A stretch of DNA of 62,542 nucleotides, filler included, from Sphacelaria rigidula (lineage: Eukaryota): NCBI GenBank assembly GCA_964200075.2. It is 6 parts of 6 records of this genome, joined end to end, with 100 filler letters (N's around TTAATTAATTAA, not from the genome) between each part and the next. Parts side by side here need not be neighbours in the genome. Positions count along the whole stretch, not along the records: positions 31,323 to 41,662 come from CAXNAA020006692.1; positions 41,763 to 52,102 come from CAXNAA020006693.1; 4 more parts are not named here. One strand, given 5' to 3'. Below, in pieces: positions 37,024 to 48,609 of this stretch. The notes beneath the pieces are model-generated. The model saw only the letters and a program-made list of their open reading frames with translations. It did no database searches and was not told the origin of the DNA. The position numbers and the translations under genes are program-made. Within the stretch, counting starts at the first letter, position 1. Every line of letters begins with the position of its first letter.

Positions 37024-40000
37024 ATGAGTGACACCAGTAGTGTAAATGTGATTGCGGGCAATGCCCAACCAGCTACATCAGCCTCATCACCTGTACCAGC
37101 ACCTGCCAGCGCAGGTGGGACGCAGCCGTCAATTTCTAGTGCAGACTCTAACTCTAACACCACACGACAGCCCATGATTGTAGATGTCAGCGGTGTTACC
37201 GCTGCACGGGAGAGCGATTACCTCGCGCTTTCGAAAAAGACTTATTCTACGACCACGCAAGAAGAGGTCATCGTTCCTGAAAACGTTAGAAAAGCAGTGG
37301 AGAGCTTCCTTGCGCCGCAAAACATGGAGATATCAGGTAACGTTAAGCAGGGCTTCATTTACTCGTGGGGTGCTTTTTGCATTGGTACCGTTGGCGCGCG
37401 AGGCATGGAGCCTCATTTCTACCGTCTCGCCTGCCCAGCGTGCCACGAGGACAAGGTCGTCATTCCCTGCAAGAACGGACAGAGACAGGAGCAACGTCAA
37501 CAAACATCTCAAGAGTGCCCACAAGCTCATACGCAAAGCTAGCGTCTCGCGACCCGAGAACGCTGCGAATGTGGAACAAGGCGCCGCACAGCTGACGAGC
37601 GCAGGACGCATCCTTGGTGTCGGAAGAAAACGATCGGTTACAGTGTGTTGCGTTTTCGTTTTCTTCCCATCTATCCTGTACGTCGGTGTATGCCGACAAT
37701 ACGTTTTTCCGTGTGATAGCCTACACTGTTGTCAAGCCGGGGTCACATGGGATGGAAAAAGCACGCGGGCTTCTTCCCCCTCCATTATCTGTAATGCCCC
37801 ACCTTCCTCCTACGGTGCTTGCCTTCCTTTTTATGTGAGAAGAGTCCGACCATCCCTTTCCTTGGTTTTGTGTACGATCCTATACATGGGTATAAGTAAA
37901 GGATGCAGTCAGTATACAGTCAGGACTGGCTTTGTGCAGTAGTACTACGTACCAATTCTGTGTCACTGACTCTTGACTGGCTGTACGATGTGTTGCTGTC
38001 ACAGTTTATGATACTATAGTCAGTCGTACACACCATTTATTGGGGCAAGTTCATGGACAGTAGTGGTTGACGCGTTCATGCTCGTGCTTTTAGCTTGCTT
38101 CCCTGGTCTCTCTTCAGTCTTGTGTGAGGACACTGATTGAACTACAGCGGACGCGGATGTTTGCAACAGGCTGATGTACCTGTATAATGGAAATAAATGA
38201 CGGTAAACAGTTACAGTGAAAATGAACAGACAGTACAGTACTTGTTTCGTCTGCGCTTGCGCCTGCTGATTCCCCTGTTACCATGGGATAGTTTTTATTC
38301 CTGTTATTTGTGTTTGATCCTATTTTAGCCCGTCCTGCTCCGACCGCGGGTCTGAGAGAGAGGGCTCATGTGCAGATGTGAGGATATGAGCATACTGCGT
38401 GTGAAGCTGCAGCACTGAAAAGGAACTATCGTCTGCTATACACACTACTTGCGTAAATGTGTGCAGTCTCGACGTGGATCCGTGGATGAAGCGCCGCAGT
38501 CGTGCTTATCGTACTGTCTACCCTGGTATGTCCGATGGCTGTCTTGCTCAAATCACTAGAGCTGCAGTACTTGCGTGTGCTAATCAAGAAGCTTTTGTCG
38601 TTGAACTTCACTGAGGATGCTGAGTGGCGCAGTCTACTGCAAGGATGTCGAAAGGCGTATTTCCCAACTCTCAGCGTGAAGCGCGTCAAGTACATCATCG
38701 TGGAGATGCACGAGGCTACGAAGCAGGTTTGTGTACAAGTAATTGAAAACACACAACACAGTACAACATGTAAATGCACCGTGGTGTTTGGTTCAAATGT
38801 TTGTTTTTCCGACACTCTCTCTTGTCACTGTTCGTGGAAGTACCGTACTCCACGGCTTTACACTACTGCCTGTTGCAGTTCGTCCTAGGGGGGGGTGCGA
38901 CTGCATCGGGGAGATGGCAGGATACGCCTGATTCGTTACAAGAGAGCGGCAGCTCCTTCCACTTCGGCCCACGGGCTGAATTGCTGCAATCGGCTGTTGA
39001 GAAATCATCAATCCCTTGGGCAAAAATGATACGCACGCATTTCACATCTGCTTTGTTTCTCGGGGTTTTTTTTTGCCGATCATCTTGGGACGTGGCAAAT
39101 AACGATTTCAAAAAAGGTCGTGAGGGGACGTAATTTGCACAGTGCGACATAGCAGTGCTCAGTGCTCATCGCCACTCCCTTACCGTGCATTCTGTGCTGC
39201 TCACAGAGAATATTGGACGGGCTGGAGGCCAAGATCGAGGTGACCGATCTGCCTATCTTGCACTTCACCGTTGATTCATGGACTTGCAAGGTGTCTTGGT
39301 GCAAGTACTTGGGCATCTTATGGGTGGACCGCATATTTTCCTTCCACCACGCACTACTGCCGTTGAGTTCGGTTCAGAGTTCCACACGTCGGACGAGCAC
39401 GAGTGTGACTCGTGGCACTCGCAATCGTTGGGCTGCTCGTTGGCCGTAAAAATGAACAGGGCGAGCACTCGAGTCATTGCTTGTTGTGGAAACAAACTAA
39501 TAAGGCGGGCACTCGAGTCATCGTCCGTTGTGGAATAAAGGTAATACGGCGAGCACTCGAGTCGTTGTTCATTGTGGGAAAAATCATACGGCGAACACTC
39601 GAGTTATCGCTCGTCGTGGAAAAAAAATCATAGGGTGAACGCTCGAGTCATTGCTTGTTGTCGAAAACATCACTAGGGCGAGCATTCGAGCCATTGCCCG
39701 TTGGGGAAAAAATGAATAGGGCGAGCACTCGATTCATCGATCCTTGTAATAAAAAGTACTGACTCTAGCACACGAGTCATCGCTCGTTGTAATATGAAGT
39801 AATGCCTCGAGCACACGAGTCATGCTCGTAATGTTCTCAAGAAATATCCACGAGTGCACTCGATTCGACGAGTAATGACTCGTCCGAGGCGTGCAAAGTT
39901 CGACGGTCGCAACTTTGCTCCGTCGAGCTATCGTGTTTTTATGAAGATCGTCGCCTGCTGTGTCGACTTGTATGCCTTCCTCCATTGAAAATCAACCACG

Positions 40001-41435
40001 ATCATGGTCAAAACGGAAGCAGCTCAATCGTTTTTATTTTCATGCCATCACACACAGATCAAGCTCTACTGTACTGACCTCGACGCGGTGGGCACTACCA
40101 AAGCCGCTAAGCTACTGTGGAAGATTTTCACGTCTACAGTACAAGATTTCGGCCTTAACGTGGGGGCTTCGCCTCGTGCACGACTGACAGCGGCTCCGAC
40201 GTCAAATCGATGTACGTGAATCACGCAGGCAGAGTTAGGATTGAGTGGGACTGGTGCATATCGCACATGGCCAATAAAGCATGCGAGCGCGGTTTCGGCA
40301 CGGCCGCAGACCCAGCCAAGTCGAAGAACCCGGCAGCACGCAAGTTGATGCAAAAGGTCATCAAGGTGGTACGGAGTCTCAACAAGTCTTCGACGTGGCG
40401 GGCGAAATTTGAGGACATTCATGTGACGCCACCTGATGTAATAGTGCACATTTTATTTTTCCCTTTCACCCGGCATATATTTTTTCTCGTGATTTTGTCA
40501 TGTCTTGTCCACTTTCAACAATGTTTTCAAGAGATTCGAGAGTAGGGTATACGATTGAGAGTGAGGGGCTGATATCCTTGAGGAAGACATCGGCGTGTAG
40601 CTGTAGCACACGCCAATGTTACAGGCAACGGAGCGCAAGCGAATGATAAAATTCACTCTCAATCAACGCCCTACTCTCCGTCTCACGAAAACCTCGTTTC
40701 TCATGTTTTGTGGTCGTACGTAATCTTTCATCATTTGCTCCGTGTTTTGTCTTCGTTTCACCCTTGAATATGTGTTTCGTCACATGAATTTTGCCGTAGT
40801 CTGTTTTGCGTATTGTTGCATTTTCTCGTGTCTTTTTCGTCTCTTCTTTCATCTCAGACACTTCCGTTTCACCTGGTTGTTGTATGAATTGATTTTTGCG
40901 AACTAACGTCTCGGGGTTGCGGGCGACGATAACCGCACAAGCGAAGGGTGCCATCGAGACGTGAACCAACGGATTTCGCCAAATTGTATGACGCTTTGGT
41001 GTACCTCTAGTCGTGGAATAGTCAAGGAAGGATGCCTCACTGCCTCACCGCTGACGTGCAGCACTGCTATCCCTCTACGACTCTGGATGATGTTGACGCT
41101 GAGAGATTCGGCTGCTTTTGACAGATGGAGGACTTGGGGATATTCCGGAAGGTCGTAAAGTACGCACCGCAGCGGTGGCTGAGTCTCAACAGGTCTCCGG
41201 GGTTATGGTCCGTCTGTGGCTCCAGCTTCGGAAGGTGTTTGCTCTCAAGGGCGAGGTCTTCCCCCTGAACCAGGGCAGCAACCGGGACGGCATCCTTCAG
41301 CTGTACACCAATATGGAACCCGCCGTGAACATCACGAGTGACGGGCAGCACGATAACGTTCCGATGACAGGAGAGATGCACATGGCGCTCAGCAAACTCC
41401 AGGCTACGACGCTTGCTTCAACCAAGCCCTTGAAG
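37024..41435 (+). mobile_element. hAT-superfamily transposase pseudogene with spliceosomal introns (exons about 37024-37630, 38520-38726, 39207-39360, 40058-40422, 41195-41435); 3' end off contig
   Basis: BED-like finger 'FYRLACPAC...IPCKNG/DRSNVNKHLKSAH' (frameshifted); 'LSLNFTEDAEWRSLL'; first catalytic Asp in 'HFTVDSWTCK...YLGI'; second Asp and CxxH in 'TTDSGSDVK...WDWCISH'; 'LQLYTNMEPAVNITSDGQ'. Several pieces have GT/AG boundaries. Confidence 0.85.
39374..39901. repeat. Insertion with ~43-45-bp tandem units (gggcgagcactcgagtcatt...) inside the hAT gene
   Basis: About 8 degenerate units containing ctcgag; loosely inverted ends cacgtcggacgag and ctcgtccgaggcgtg. Confidence 0.75.
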
Positions 41436-41662
41436 GTAGGTACACCATTTCTCTTTCGTTTCCGCTATGGTTGTAGCATGGCGACATGAACACATTTCAC
41501 GCCTCCACTTGAGTCAAGTGACTTTGGCGCAGCATCAACGACCACGCGGGCGCTCAGCACGCAACACTTTGGTACTCCCAATATTTCAACACTTGTTGCA
41601 AAAATAATGCTGGCAATGATACTGATACCAAGATCAACATAATCTTTGAATGTGCAAGGTAA

Positions 41663-41762
41663 NNNNNNNNNNNNNNNNNNNNNNNNNNNNNNNNNNNNNN
41701 NNNNNNTTAATTAATTAANNNNNNNNNNNNNNNNNNNNNNNNNNNNNNNNNNNNNNNNNNNN
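41663..41762. other. Artificial contig spacer
   Basis: N44-TTAATTAATTAA-N44. Confidence 0.97.
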
Positions 41763-42559
41763 CCCCCCCTCCCCAAGGTCGCCAAATATCAATCTGGGGC
41801 TGTAGGAGGGGGGGCAGGGAGTACCCTACTTGAGGAGGGGGGGTACCCCCTGATCGATGGATGGTGGCGATAGTAGTTGCTGTACTGCACCGAACATGCA
41901 TGTCGGCAGCATTCGCCTGCGCAAGGTATACCGAAACGGTAGATGGTACGGGTACGTCGAAGCAAGTAGAGAAGAACATGTCCGTAGAGACAAGGAGTGG
42001 CGAAGAAGCGAGGCGGCGAAAACGGTGATCTTTCCCGCACAACACCACCATTGGCAAATATGGCTTTGCAATTTGTTGGCAACGAATCAGCCGACACAGG
42101 CCAGAGCTGTACTGTCTGTACTGCCTGCATGTTGAATACAACTAAACAAGTACCGCTTTACGTAGATTCCCTCGGGAACTGCCACTACCTCAATGTTGGA
42201 TGTTCCTTTTGGCCACACCACGTCCTCTCCCTGTGTTGTGTCGCAGTTTAGTATGACGGCGACATGTAGATACACGCGTTGGATGAACACGGCTGTCTGT
42301 CCAAACGCGGGCAAAGTACCTGATCATGCGCCATTCACATCTCTTCCATGTCTACAATTTGATAATATTATATGTATTCTCACTCAAGACTTCGATTTGA
42401 GATGTCATAACCCCACAAACTCGCGAGTTCCTCCGCATCGAGAGAGCAAACCATCCGTACCAGCCATCTTCCGTTCGAGGAAGAGGGTTATGCAAGGTGG
42501 CGTTCAGCATACTCCCCGCGTAATCTAGACAAAATCAAGGCAACGAGCAGCATCATCCA

Positions 42560-45500
42560 TCATCTGTCGGACGCCACCCCTAGATCAAACTTCACGCTTG
42601 AACCCTCCGACGTCTCTACTGATTCCGCACCAACAAACCCGCCAACAGACCCACATACAACTGCCGGTGAGGCATATAGCCGTCCCGCATTCACACCACG
42701 ACTGCTGCTGCTGGAGCTACTTTTAGCACCTGCACTGCTCCAACCCCTCGAAGGGGCCGTATGCTTGCTACACTGTCCCATTCCAGCGCCACCGTGTGTA
42801 GGAGAAGGAGCTGCCACCTCTACCCTCACAGAAGACACCTCACGATCAGTCCCTGGAGGAAGCTGGCCCGAGAGCAACGGGGGTGTTACACCAATCCGCC
42901 TGGCAACAGGGTACACACTACGTCGAGTATCGACAACGTCGCTTGTGCCAGAACTCAAGCATGGTTCGCGCTTGCGTTTTGTTCCTCGCACGCCAGCAAC
43001 GCTTCCTTCACCACCCTCTGTTATGCTACGGGTCGAGGTGGCCTCCCCAGTGCTGAGCTCTCCCGTGTGGTACACTGTAGCTGCTTCATGCGCAGTGGGA
43101 CGCTGCCGGCACAATTTTGCCTCATCACGGTTGTCGTTCTCCAGAATTTCCAACTTCAAGCGTCCCTCTTTGCTAGACTTGTAGCTCACCACATTCACCA
43201 TTCCCGCCCTGGCATGCTGAGGGGAAAACCTCGCGTTCTTGCTTCCCGCCACACCATATGATGGCTTTTTCGAGCAGCCCTCACTGCAACACGTCTGGAA
43301 CCGCACGTTCACCATTCCACCCCTGGCATGCTGAGAGCAGAACTCCGCCTTCTTGCTTCCCGCCACTCCATACGACGGCTTTTTGGAGCACCCCTCGTCG
43401 CCGCATTGCTTTGACACCACATCCACCATCCCCGCCCTAGCATGCTTGGAGCAGAACTCCGCCTTCTTGCTTCCTGCTACACCATAAGATGGGCGCGTGG
43501 GGCAGCCCTGGTGGTCACATTTCTTGTACTCCACATTCACCATTCCCGCCCTGGCATGCTGAAAGCAGAACTCCGCCTTCTTGCTTCCTGCTACACCGTA
43601 CGATGGATGCTTGAGGCAGCTCTCGACGCTGCATTTCTTACTCACCACATTCACCATTCCAGCCCTGGAATGCTCCGAGCAGAAGTCCGCCTTCTTGCTT
43701 CCCGCCACTCCATACGACGGCTTCTTCGAGCAACCCTCGTCGCTGCATTTCTTTGTCTTCACATTCCCCATTCCCGCCCTGGCATGCCGAGAGCAGAACT
43801 CCGCCTTCTTGCTCCCCACTACACCATACGACGGCTGCCTGGAGCAGCCCTCGTCACCGCACTTCTTGCCCCATATATTCACCATTCCTGCCCTGGCATG
43901 CTTGAAGCAAAACTCCACCTTCTTGCTTCCTGACACACGATACGACGACGTCTTGGAGCAGCCCTCACTGCAACACGTCTGGAACCGCACGTTCACCATT
44001 CCAGCACTGGCATGCTGAGAGCAGAACTCCGCCTTCTTGCTTGCCGCTACACCATACGACGGGTTCTTCGAGCAACCCTCGTCGCTGCATTTCTTTGTCT
44101 TCACATTCACCATTCCCGCCCTGGCATGCCTGGAGCAGAACTCCGCCTTCCTGCTTCCCGCTAAACCAAAAGACGGCCTTCTGGAGCAGCCCTCGTCACC
44201 GCACTTCTTGCCCAAAACATTTACCATTCCTGCCCTGGCATGCTTGAAGCAAAACTCCACCTTGCGTCCTGACACACGATACGACGACGTCTCGGAGCAG
44301 CCCTCACTGCAACACGTCTGGAACCGCACGTTCACCATTCCAGCCCTGGCATGCTGAGAGCAGAACTCCGCCTTCTTGCTTGCCGCTACTCCATACGACG
44401 GCTTTTTGGAGCACCCCTCCTCGCCGCATTGCTTTGACACCACATCCACCATCCCCTCCCTGGCATGCTTCGAGCAGAACTCCGCCTTCCTGCTTCCTGC
44501 CACACCATACGACGGGTTCTTCGAGCAGTCCTCGTCGCCGCACGTCTGGTGCACAACATCCACCATTCCCGCCCTGGCATGCTGAGAGCAGAACTCCACC
44601 TTCTTGCTTCCCGCTAAACCAAAAGACGGCCTTCTGGAGCAGCCCTCGTCACCGCACTTCTTGCCCAATACGTTCACCATTCCCGCCCTGGCATGCTTCA
44701 AGCAAAACTCCGCCTTCTCGCTTCCCGCTACACCATACGATGGCCTTTTGCAGCAGCCCTCGTCGCCGCACTTCTTGCCCAAAACATTCACCATTCCCGC
44801 CCTGGCATGCTTCGAACAAGTCTCCGCCTTCTTGCTTCCCGCTACACCATACGATGGCGCCCTGGAGCAGCCCTCGTCGCCGCACCTTTTACCCAATACA
44901 CTCACCATTCCCGCCCTGGCATGCTTCAAGCAAAACTCCGCCTTCTTGCTCCCCGCTACACCATACGATGGCCTTTTGCAGCAGCCCTCGTCGTCGCACG
45001 TCTGGTGCACCACATCCACCATTCCCGCCCTGGCATGCTGAGAGCAGAACTCCGCCTGCTTGCTTCCCGCTACACCATACGACCGCTTTTTGGAGCAGCG
45101 CTCGCCACCGCATTTCTTGTTCACCACATTCACCATTCCCGACCTGACATGTTGAGAGCAGAACTCCGCCTTCTTGCTTCCCGCCACACCAAACGACGGC
45201 TTCTTGAAGCAGCCCTCGCCGCCGCATTTCTTGTTCAGCACATCCATCATTCCCGCCCTGGCATGCTTCGAGCAGAACTCCGCCTTCTTGCTTCCCGCCA
45301 CACCAAACGACGGCTTCTTCGAGCAGCCCTCGCCACCGCACGTCTTGTTCACCACATCGACCATTCCCGCCCTGGCATGCTGAGAGCAGAACTCCGCCTT
45401 CTTGCTTCCCGCCACACCAAACGACGGCCTCTTCGAGCAGCTCTCGTCGCCGCACGTTTTGTTCACCACATCCACCATCCCCGCCCTGGCATGCTGAGAG

Positions 45501-45592
45501 CAGAACTCCGCCTTCTTGCTTCCCGCCATATCAAACGACGGCCTCTTCGAGCAGCACTGTTGTATGCACTCTCTCCTCGCCACGCTGGCCAT
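42560..45592 (-). CDS. EsV-1-7 domain tandem-repeat protein B (about 1010 aa from the first ATG; 21 repeats plus 1 degenerate unit plus tail)
   Basis: Uninterrupted ORF with the same 38-aa CCCH repeat; tail homologous to protein A (KRKR, AAPSPTH, VKFDLGV). The ORF-track start at 45655 is GTG; the first ATG is at 45592 and an upstream exon is possible. Confidence 0.93.
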   Translation of the reverse strand: MASVARRECIQQCCSKRPSFDMAGSKKAEFCSQHARAGMVDVVNKTCGDESCSKRPSFGVAGSKKAEFCSQHARAGMVDVVNKTCGGEGCSKKPSFGVAGSKKAEFCSKHARAGMMDVLNKKCGGEGCFKKPSFGVAGSKKAEFCSQHVRSGMVNVVNKKCGGERCSKKRSYGVAGSKQAEFCSQHARAGMVDVVHQTCDDEGCCKRPSYGVAGSKKAEFCLKHARAGMVSVLGKRCGDEGCSRAPSYGVAGSKKAETCSKHARAGMVNVLGKKCGDEGCCKRPSYGVAGSEKAEFCLKHARAGMVNVLGKKCGDEGCSRRPSFGLAGSKKVEFCSQHARAGMVDVVHQTCGDEDCSKNPSYGVAGSRKAEFCSKHAREGMVDVVSKQCGEEGCSKKPSYGVAASKKAEFCSQHARAGMVNVRFQTCCSEGCSETSSYRVSGRKVEFCFKHARAGMVNVLGKKCGDEGCSRRPSFGLAGSRKAEFCSRHARAGMVNVKTKKCSDEGCSKNPSYGVAASKKAEFCSQHASAGMVNVRFQTCCSEGCSKTSSYRVSGSKKVEFCFKHARAGMVNIWGKKCGDEGCSRQPSYGVVGSKKAEFCSRHARAGMGNVKTKKCSDEGCSKKPSYGVAGSKKADFCSEHSRAGMVNVVSKKCSVESCLKHPSYGVAGSKKAEFCFQHARAGMVNVEYKKCDHQGCPTRPSYGVAGSKKAEFCSKHARAGMVDVVSKQCGDEGCSKKPSYGVAGSKKAEFCSQHARGGMVNVRFQTCCSEGCSKKPSYGVAGSKNARFSPQHARAGMVNVVSYKSSKEGRLKLEILENDNRDEAKLCRQRPTAHEAATVYHTGELSTGEATSTRSITEGGEGSVAGVRGTKRKREPCLSSGTSDVVDTRRSVYPVARRIGVTPPLLSGQLPPGTDREVSSVRVEVAAPSPTHGGAGMGQCSKHTAPSRGWSSAGAKSSSSSSSRGVNAGRLYASPAVVCGSVGGFVGAESVETSEGSSVKFDLGVASDR

Positions 45593-48009
45593 TTGCTCTG
45601 TCGCGTGATTTTTGTTGAGGAGTGACTGCCCGCTGTAACACAATTGGCATAACACCGGAGGGTTCTGATGTCAGCTCACCAGACAGCGTTGAAAGAAACA
45701 CCATCGTCGCACATGAACGGGAAGGGCAGGAGCTACCCGAACTTACTGAAATCACACTATACATGAACGTGACTAACACCCTAGTGCACAAGGTAATCCA
45801 AGCGAATGGGACTTCCTCACCAATACGGCAATATGGATCTGAAGCATATACAGCATAGATGGAGTATAAGAGGCAAATGAAAGCAGAAACTCTTGAGCGC
45901 ATAATACCAAGTCGTGGTTCACCGGGCGTGATGATACATGCAGTATCATACAATTCAGGGCCTGTAGAACACCTGCCAAACCTTTTATAAAGCTGCTCTA
46001 CACTGGCAGAATACCTGACAACGTTGGAGGAGATCATATATAGATACCTACAAGTACGGGAAAATCGTGCTGACCTCAAAGATGCGTGACCAGGTTCCGA
46101 ACTACTGGCCTGGTTTGGTCCTGTTCCATTTCACTGCTAGGAATATAAATTGATGAGGGATGACTTTTGTTCTCACAGCGGCACACGCGACCGTGGAAAG
46201 CAAATGAAATCAATATTCATGCCGAACCTGGTATGTGCACACGCGCAGAACGGTTTACATATCTGCCGGATCTCAATACACGGCACATGTGCTCTCATGC
46301 ATAGATGTCTTCATCCCTTTTGCCTTATCGGGTACCGTCGGAAACAAATGTAGTGTATTGCTATGGCTTCCACTTCAACCACAAGTGAGTTCATATGTCG
46401 AGTTACCTGATGTTTGCATTAGTCACTTGTACGTCATAATCTTCGGCTTGTATCGCGTATACATGGTGTGCATGGTAGTACATGCTTGTTGTCGCCAGGG
46501 TCAGAGTGTCACGTCAGGAAAGCGCTGGAAGTTGAGCGGAGCGAAACACTGTTGGGAGAAACATCGAGGCTTTCAGTACAGTGCATTGCACATCTGTTGG
46601 ATGAGCATATCACGACTGTACACGATTGGTGCAAACACTCTAGATGACGCCGACATGACGATAATAGTCACCGTAACGATCCTTCCCTTTACAGTCCTTG
46701 CGGAAACCGGCAGACGCCTGAAAGGGTGAAGTTTCGAAACGCACTCATATCTGACCAGCGGTTGGGGAAACGTTTTCAACACCACCAGAATATCACCATT
46801 GTTAGACGTACCTTCAAGCGTGATAAGGAATCATCTCGCCTGTGTCAGACATACATCCTACGGTGAACACGTACTATTTTACCTGTCGTGAACACATGCG
46901 TTCTAAAATGAACACGCATCTATATATGACGCGCAGATAAATGCTGCATAAACGGGAGACGTACGTTAGTTGGGCACACACGTTTTGAAGGAAACAGGTA
47001 TTGCACACATGTGTGGCACATGTTCTTTCAAGTGAGATGTTTGATGTTCAGTACTGCCTAACGCGTGGGATACTGTGGTCGTCGTCGTTCGAGGTCAACT
47101 GTTAATGTTTGGTGAAAGTTGACGAAGAAAGTGCTTAAACGGATGGAAAGGGCCGCCGTTTATTCGCTGCTACTGTGACATCTGATACCATTTCATATTT
47201 CTGTGACATGTTGCTTGTCTTCCCAATCATCATAGCTACAATAAACGAATGTTCCATTACCCTTCAAGCACCCTTCAAGTGTGCACCAGGCACGCCATGT
47301 GCAAAGGCGGACATGGAACCTATGGGCAGTGCGCCTGCGCACGCTTGTCAATGGTCGGGTTCTCCCGTGAAAGACTCGCAAATCCAGACCCGCGATCAGG
47401 CAAAATACAACAGTTTACCCTCCATTTCGGTCATATGCGGTCCGGGGCAGCTGTGTCTTGAAAGCCGAAAAATTCCCACTAGCAGCACGGCCGGGTGTTT
47501 TAGGGTCTTGATTGAAGGGGGAACGGGGTTACGCATACTCCCGAGACACTACAGGCTGGGCCACCTAAGAAGCGGACTTTCTTTCAGCCGGTTCTGACTG
47601 ACAATATATCGCGAGTTATGCCTACTATGACACCTCGTGGTAATCTGCAAATCAACGCGCGTCTTTCACTTCACGTAGCACTGCGATCTGACAAATTACC
47701 ATCGAACGAAATACCAAACTGCAGTCAGCTGCGAAGTGAAGAGAGTTGAGGGTGGCATGTGCGGCGGAATAAGGGGGAAAAACGGCTGTAACCGCATTTA
47801 CGGTTACAGTCAGTTATGCCGCGGCCGCAAAGTGATGGTGCAGCACTAGTTGTGGTTGTACAACAAGGCAGGTCGTACTGTAGGCGCGCAGTGTCTGAGA
47901 TGGCACGCAAAGGAAACCTCCAGCGCGCCAAGGCGTCGCGCTTGTAGAAAACGTCCAAGTCCCGGCTGAGATTTTTGTACTCTAAAAGCATGTGAACCAG
48001 TTCTCGACA

Positions 48010-48609
48010 GAAAATAGCGATTTCACTGCTCAACTTGAAGTTGTTTTCCATGGAATTTTGAAACGACATACATGGAGTATATGTGAAGCCCCTACCGTGT
48101 GCCCCTCTTTCTTCTTTTTTCCTCGTGTACTATTGGTGATCCGAATTGCGGAACCGTTTTTCTGGTACAAAAGCGTCGACAACTCATGAAAAAAAAAACG
48201 AAAATGTCAAGGGGGGACGATAGAAACTTTGAAAGATACCTTATGCGCATCGTGTCGAAGTTTCGTGACAAAATATTTGAAGTTCAACAGCAAAACCGCT
48301 CTTCATTTTAGACACGAACACGCGATTCAACAGCTGAATTTCAGGTCGTTTTCAATGAAATTTTGACAAGATGTACAGGATGTATGTACCAAGACGCCAC
48401 GTTTTCCACTCTACATTATATTTCTTTTCTCCGTGAGTTATCGGCGACCAAACATTTCAGAACAGCTTTTTTCGGAACAAAATCGTGAATAACTCAAACA
48501 AAAAAGGAATGTAGGATGGAAATAATGGCGTCTTCGCACATACATCCTGTACATCGTGTCAAATTTTCATACAAAACGACCTGAAATTCAGCTGCTTAAT
48601 CGCGTGTTC
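48010..48609. mobile_element. Foldback element (48316-48609) preceded by a diverged tandem copy (about 48010-48305)
   Basis: gaacacgcgattcaacagctgaatttcaggtcgtttt pairs with aaaacgacctgaaattcagctgcttaatcgcgtgttc; arms about 130 bp. Confidence 0.75.

Noticed and set aside
39455..39800. CRISPR-like array
   Set aside because: The 'spacers' are similar to each other, the repeats are degenerate, there are no cas genes, and the context is eukaryotic.
33111..45655. Tandem EsV-1-7 gene cluster with a hAT element in between
   Set aside because: An artificial spacer at 41663-41762 separates the two genes, so linkage is unsupported.
33111..45655. Endogenous phaeovirus provirus
   Set aside because: No viral hallmark genes or gene-dense organisation; the flanks are host-type repeats and intron-containing sequence.
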